A stretch of 64,000 nucleotides of DNA, taken from NCBI GenBank assembly GCA_963787835.1, contig CAWBEI010000002.1, forward strand, positions 480,001-544,000, written 5' to 3'. Positions 61,202 through 64,000 of this stretch are shown here, piece by piece. Source of the stretch: Ignavibacteriota bacterium. GTDB taxonomy: Bacteria; Bacteroidota; Ignavibacteria; Palsa-1295. A model generated the notes under the pieces. The model was not told the DNA's origin. It saw nothing but the letters and a program-made list of their open reading frames with translations, and searched no databases. The first letter of the stretch is position 1. Each line of letters starts with the position of its first letter. A program made the position numbers and the translations under genes.

Positions 61202-63283
61202 ATGCCGAATTTCAAACGCACCCTCATCACCGCCGCGCTACCGTATGCCAACGGACCGCTGCATATTGGCCATTTGGCTGGCTGCTATTTGCCCGCAGAT
61301 CTTTATGCGCGCTACAAACGGCTCGTCGGCGAAGAAGTCCTTTTTATCTGTGGCTCGGATGAGCATGGCGTACCCATCACGATCTCGGCCGATAAAGAAA
61401 AGGTCTCGCCGCAGGATATTGTTGATCGCTTCCACAATCTTAACAAAGCTTCATTCGAGAAGCTTGGAATTTCTTTCGATTATTACGCTCGCACGACCAG
61501 CCCGGTTCATCGTGAAACTTCACAAGAATTCTTTCTAACGCTATTCAATGGCGGCTTCCTTATTCCACGCGAGGAACCGCAGCTTTATGACGGAGTTGCA
61601 AAAATGTTCCTACCCGATCGCTATGTCGAAGGAACCTGTCCCGTCTGCTCGAACCCGAATGCGCGCGGTGACCAGTGTGAGAACTGCGGCACCTATCTCA
61701 ACCAAACGGAACTAATAAATCCACGCTCGAAAGTGACAGGGTCGATCCCTGTTGTTCGTCCGGCTAAACACTGGTATTTTGCTCTCTCGCGTTTTCAGAA
61801 AGAGTTAGAGCAATATATTGAATCGCATCACGATGATTGGAAGGAAAATGTTCTCCAAGCCGCTCGGAGTTGGCTGAAAACCGGACTGCAAGACCGCCCC
61901 ATCACCCGCGACCTCACATGGGGCGTACCCGTACCGCTTCCAGATGCTGAAGGCAAAGTGCTCTATGTGTGGTTCGATGCGCCCATCGGTTATATTTCTG
62001 CAACGAAAGAAGCAGTAGGCAATGACAACTGGCGCACATGGTGGCAGGATGATGCAACACAATGGATCACATTCCTCGGAAAGGATAATATTGTTTTTCA
62101 TACGATCCTTTTTCCGGCCATGCTTTTGGCCCACAATAATGCCGACAAAAGTCATCGTTTTATCCTTCCCGAGAATGTTCCTGCAAACGAGTGGATGAAT
62201 CTGGAAGGCCAAAAACTTTCGAAATCGCGCGGATGGACAGTTGAATTGCATGAAATCGGACAACGATATTCTCCTGATGTGATTCGTTATGCGTTCGCCA
62301 CCATGCTCCCAGAGCAAAAAGATTCCGATTTCCAGTGGAAGGAATTCCAGGCGCGTGCGAACAATGAGCTTGCAGATATTTTTGGGAATTTTGCAAATCG
62401 TGTACTTACCTTCGCTTCCAGGCATTTCGAGAACAAGATCATGGGCAATCGCAAGGAGCTTGATACTGAAGGCCAGGCCCTGCTCGATGGATTTGGCGTT
62501 CGAGCAAAGGAGATCGCCGGAATGTACGAGCGTTTCCGCCTGCGCGATGCAACTGCGGCTACAATGGATCTTGCTCGTTCGGCCAATAAGTATTTTAACG
62601 ATGCGGCACCGTGGAAACTTATCAAAGACGATCGGGCACATGCTGCGCAAGTTATTCGCTCATGCATTGAAGCAGTTCGCGCACTTGCGGTATATTTTGC
62701 GCCGATCACGCCCAACGCCAGCGCGCAATTATTGAAAACGCTTGGAGTAAACGCAACCGAAGAAAATTGGTCGAATGCGCATGAGGCAAAACTACATGGA
62801 CAAACAGAACTTGGCCCCATCGAAATTTTATTCCCAAAGATCGAGGATGAAACTGTGATCGAAGAAATTAAACGACTTGAAACAATGGCGGAAGGTGTAA
62901 CAACGCGCGAAGTTGCTGCGGCTGTCGCTACTAAACCAGTAGCCACGCAGGAATCGGGACTTATCACCATCGACGATTTCAAAAAGATAAAACTTCGCAC
63001 CGCAAAAATTCTCGAAGCAGAGCGTGTGCCGAAATCGAAAAAGCTGATAAAGTTACAAATCGTTTTAGGCGAAGAAAAACGCCAGATCGTTGCTGGAATT
63101 GGCGAGAAATTTACACCCGAAGAGCTGATCGGCAAAACGATCGTCGTCGTTGCAAATCTTCAGCCCGCAAAACTCATGGGTCAGGAATCGAACGGGATGC
63201 TGCTGGCAGTGAATGATGAGAGTGGGCCAGTTTCACTTATCACAAGCGAGGTCGAAGTAGCAAGCGGACTTGAAGTCCGATAA
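61202..63283 (+). CDS. metG: methionine--tRNA ligase
   Basis: ALPYANGPLHIGH, zinc knuckles, KLSKS, C-terminal tRNA-binding OB domain. Confidence 0.97.
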   Translation: MPNFKRTLITAALPYANGPLHIGHLAGCYLPADLYARYKRLVGEEVLFICGSDEHGVPITISADKEKVSPQDIVDRFHNLNKASFEKLGISFDYYARTTSPVHRETSQEFFLTLFNGGFLIPREEPQLYDGVAKMFLPDRYVEGTCPVCSNPNARGDQCENCGTYLNQTELINPRSKVTGSIPVVRPAKHWYFALSRFQKELEQYIESHHDDWKENVLQAARSWLKTGLQDRPITRDLTWGVPVPLPDAEGKVLYVWFDAPIGYISATKEAVGNDNWRTWWQDDATQWITFLGKDNIVFHTILFPAMLLAHNNADKSHRFILPENVPANEWMNLEGQKLSKSRGWTVELHEIGQRYSPDVIRYAFATMLPEQKDSDFQWKEFQARANNELADIFGNFANRVLTFASRHFENKIMGNRKELDTEGQALLDGFGVRAKEIAGMYERFRLRDATAATMDLARSANKYFNDAAPWKLIKDDRAHAAQVIRSCIEAVRALAVYFAPITPNASAQLLKTLGVNATEENWSNAHEAKLHGQTELGPIEILFPKIEDETVIEEIKRLETMAEGVTTREVAAAVATKPVATQESGLITIDDFKKIKLRTAKILEAERVPKSKKLIKLQIVLGEEKRQIVAGIGEKFTPEELIGKTIVVVANLQPAKLMGQESNGMLLAVNDESGPVSLITSEVEVASGLEVR

Positions 63284-63284
63284 C

Positions 63285-64000
63285 CTACTTCTTCAAAAAA
63301 TTCGCTATCCCCTTCTTCGTATCCTCCGTCCCACGCGCGAGCGCATTCATGCTCGCAGCATATTCCAATCCTGCTTCGAGGCTCATCCCATGCTGCGCGG
63401 CAAGCAGTGATTTTGTCAGCGCAATCGCGGATTGTGAATTCTTCGATACTTGTATTGCATATTGCTGAACCGCCGCTTCGAGCGAGCCGCACGGCACAAC
63501 ATATTGTGCAAGCCCCAGGGAATACGCTTCTTCCGCACTTATTTTTCTCGCGCTCAGGAGCAGTTCGCGTGCATGTTGCTCCCCAATTTTGCGAACGAGG
63601 AAGATCGAGACAAGCGCGGGAATAAATCCGATGGCGGTTTCGGTGTAACCGAATTCAGAATCATCGGCGGCGAAAATTACATCGCAGACGGTGGCGAGTC
63701 CACACCCACCTGCAAGAGCCGCGCCGTGAACTTGCGCGATGGTGAATTTCGGGAAGGTATAGATCTTCCACAACAGATCGCGCAGCCTGCGTGAATCGGC
63801 AAGATTTTCTTCCGGTCCATTCTCGGAGATCTTCTGAAGATAAGCCAGATCCGCGCCCGCGCTGAACGTATTGCCCTGCCCCTTGAGGATAACGACGCGA
63901 ACATCCTCGTCGCTTTTCAATTCATCGAACGCTTGCGATAGCTCGCCGAGAAGTTCCGGCGAAAGCGCGTTGCGTTTCTCCTCTCGCGTCATCGTGATGG
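63285..64000 (-). CDS. enoyl-CoA hydratase/isomerase (methylglutaconyl-CoA hydratase-like), 5' end outside the window
   Basis: KRNAL, FSAGADL, GAALAGGCGL and crotonase catalytic region. Confidence 0.9.
   Translation of the reverse strand, partial: ITMTREEKRNALSPELLGELSQAFDELKSDEDVRVVILKGQGNTFSAGADLAYLQKISENGPEENLADSRRLRDLLWKIYTFPKFTIAQVHGAALAGGCGLATVCDVIFAADDSEFGYTETAIGFIPALVSIFLVRKIGEQHARELLLSARKISAEEAYSLGLAQYVVPCGSLEAAVQQYAIQVSKNSQSAIALTKSLLAAQHGMSLEAGLEYAASMNALARGTEDTKKGIANFLKK

Overview
Bacterial chromosome segment, probably from the FCB group (Ignavibacteria/Kapabacteria-like); this is inferred from the many secreted proteins ending in T9SS-type C-terminal sorting domains and from the gene content. 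Core genes: tRNA-Gln, der, gdhA, hrcA-grpE-dnaJ (no dnaK), tRNA-Gly, rpmG, tRNA-Trp, secE, nusG, a stand-alone fusA and metG. Envelope genes: an MBOAT/SGNH pair, Wzz, a Wzy/ligase and YfhO. Two regions stand out. (1) 14.4-34.3 kb, all minus strand: ECF sigma, anti-sigma, OmpA-type protein, a giant Gly-rich T9SS protein, then two tandem ~1,880-aa T9SS proteins. The two tandem genes have nearly identical C-terminal DNA, divergent Tyr-rich N-terminal domains and a 61-bp mosaic patch. Both genes and the sigma gene carry the same TGTAACTTT-N12-CGTGTCG upstream motif. (2) 50.7-54.5 kb: a defence-like island (AbiGi-like gene, HNH remnant, split restriction-modification-like gene, truncated IS200-type Y1 transposase). 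Its co-oriented genes are bounded by long palindromic units and the island is bracketed by inverted repeats. A 14-16 bp micro-palindrome occurs both in a repeat loop and inside a gene there. Many small repeat families are scattered through the window. Several single-base indels suggest assembly errors, so frameshifts need caution.
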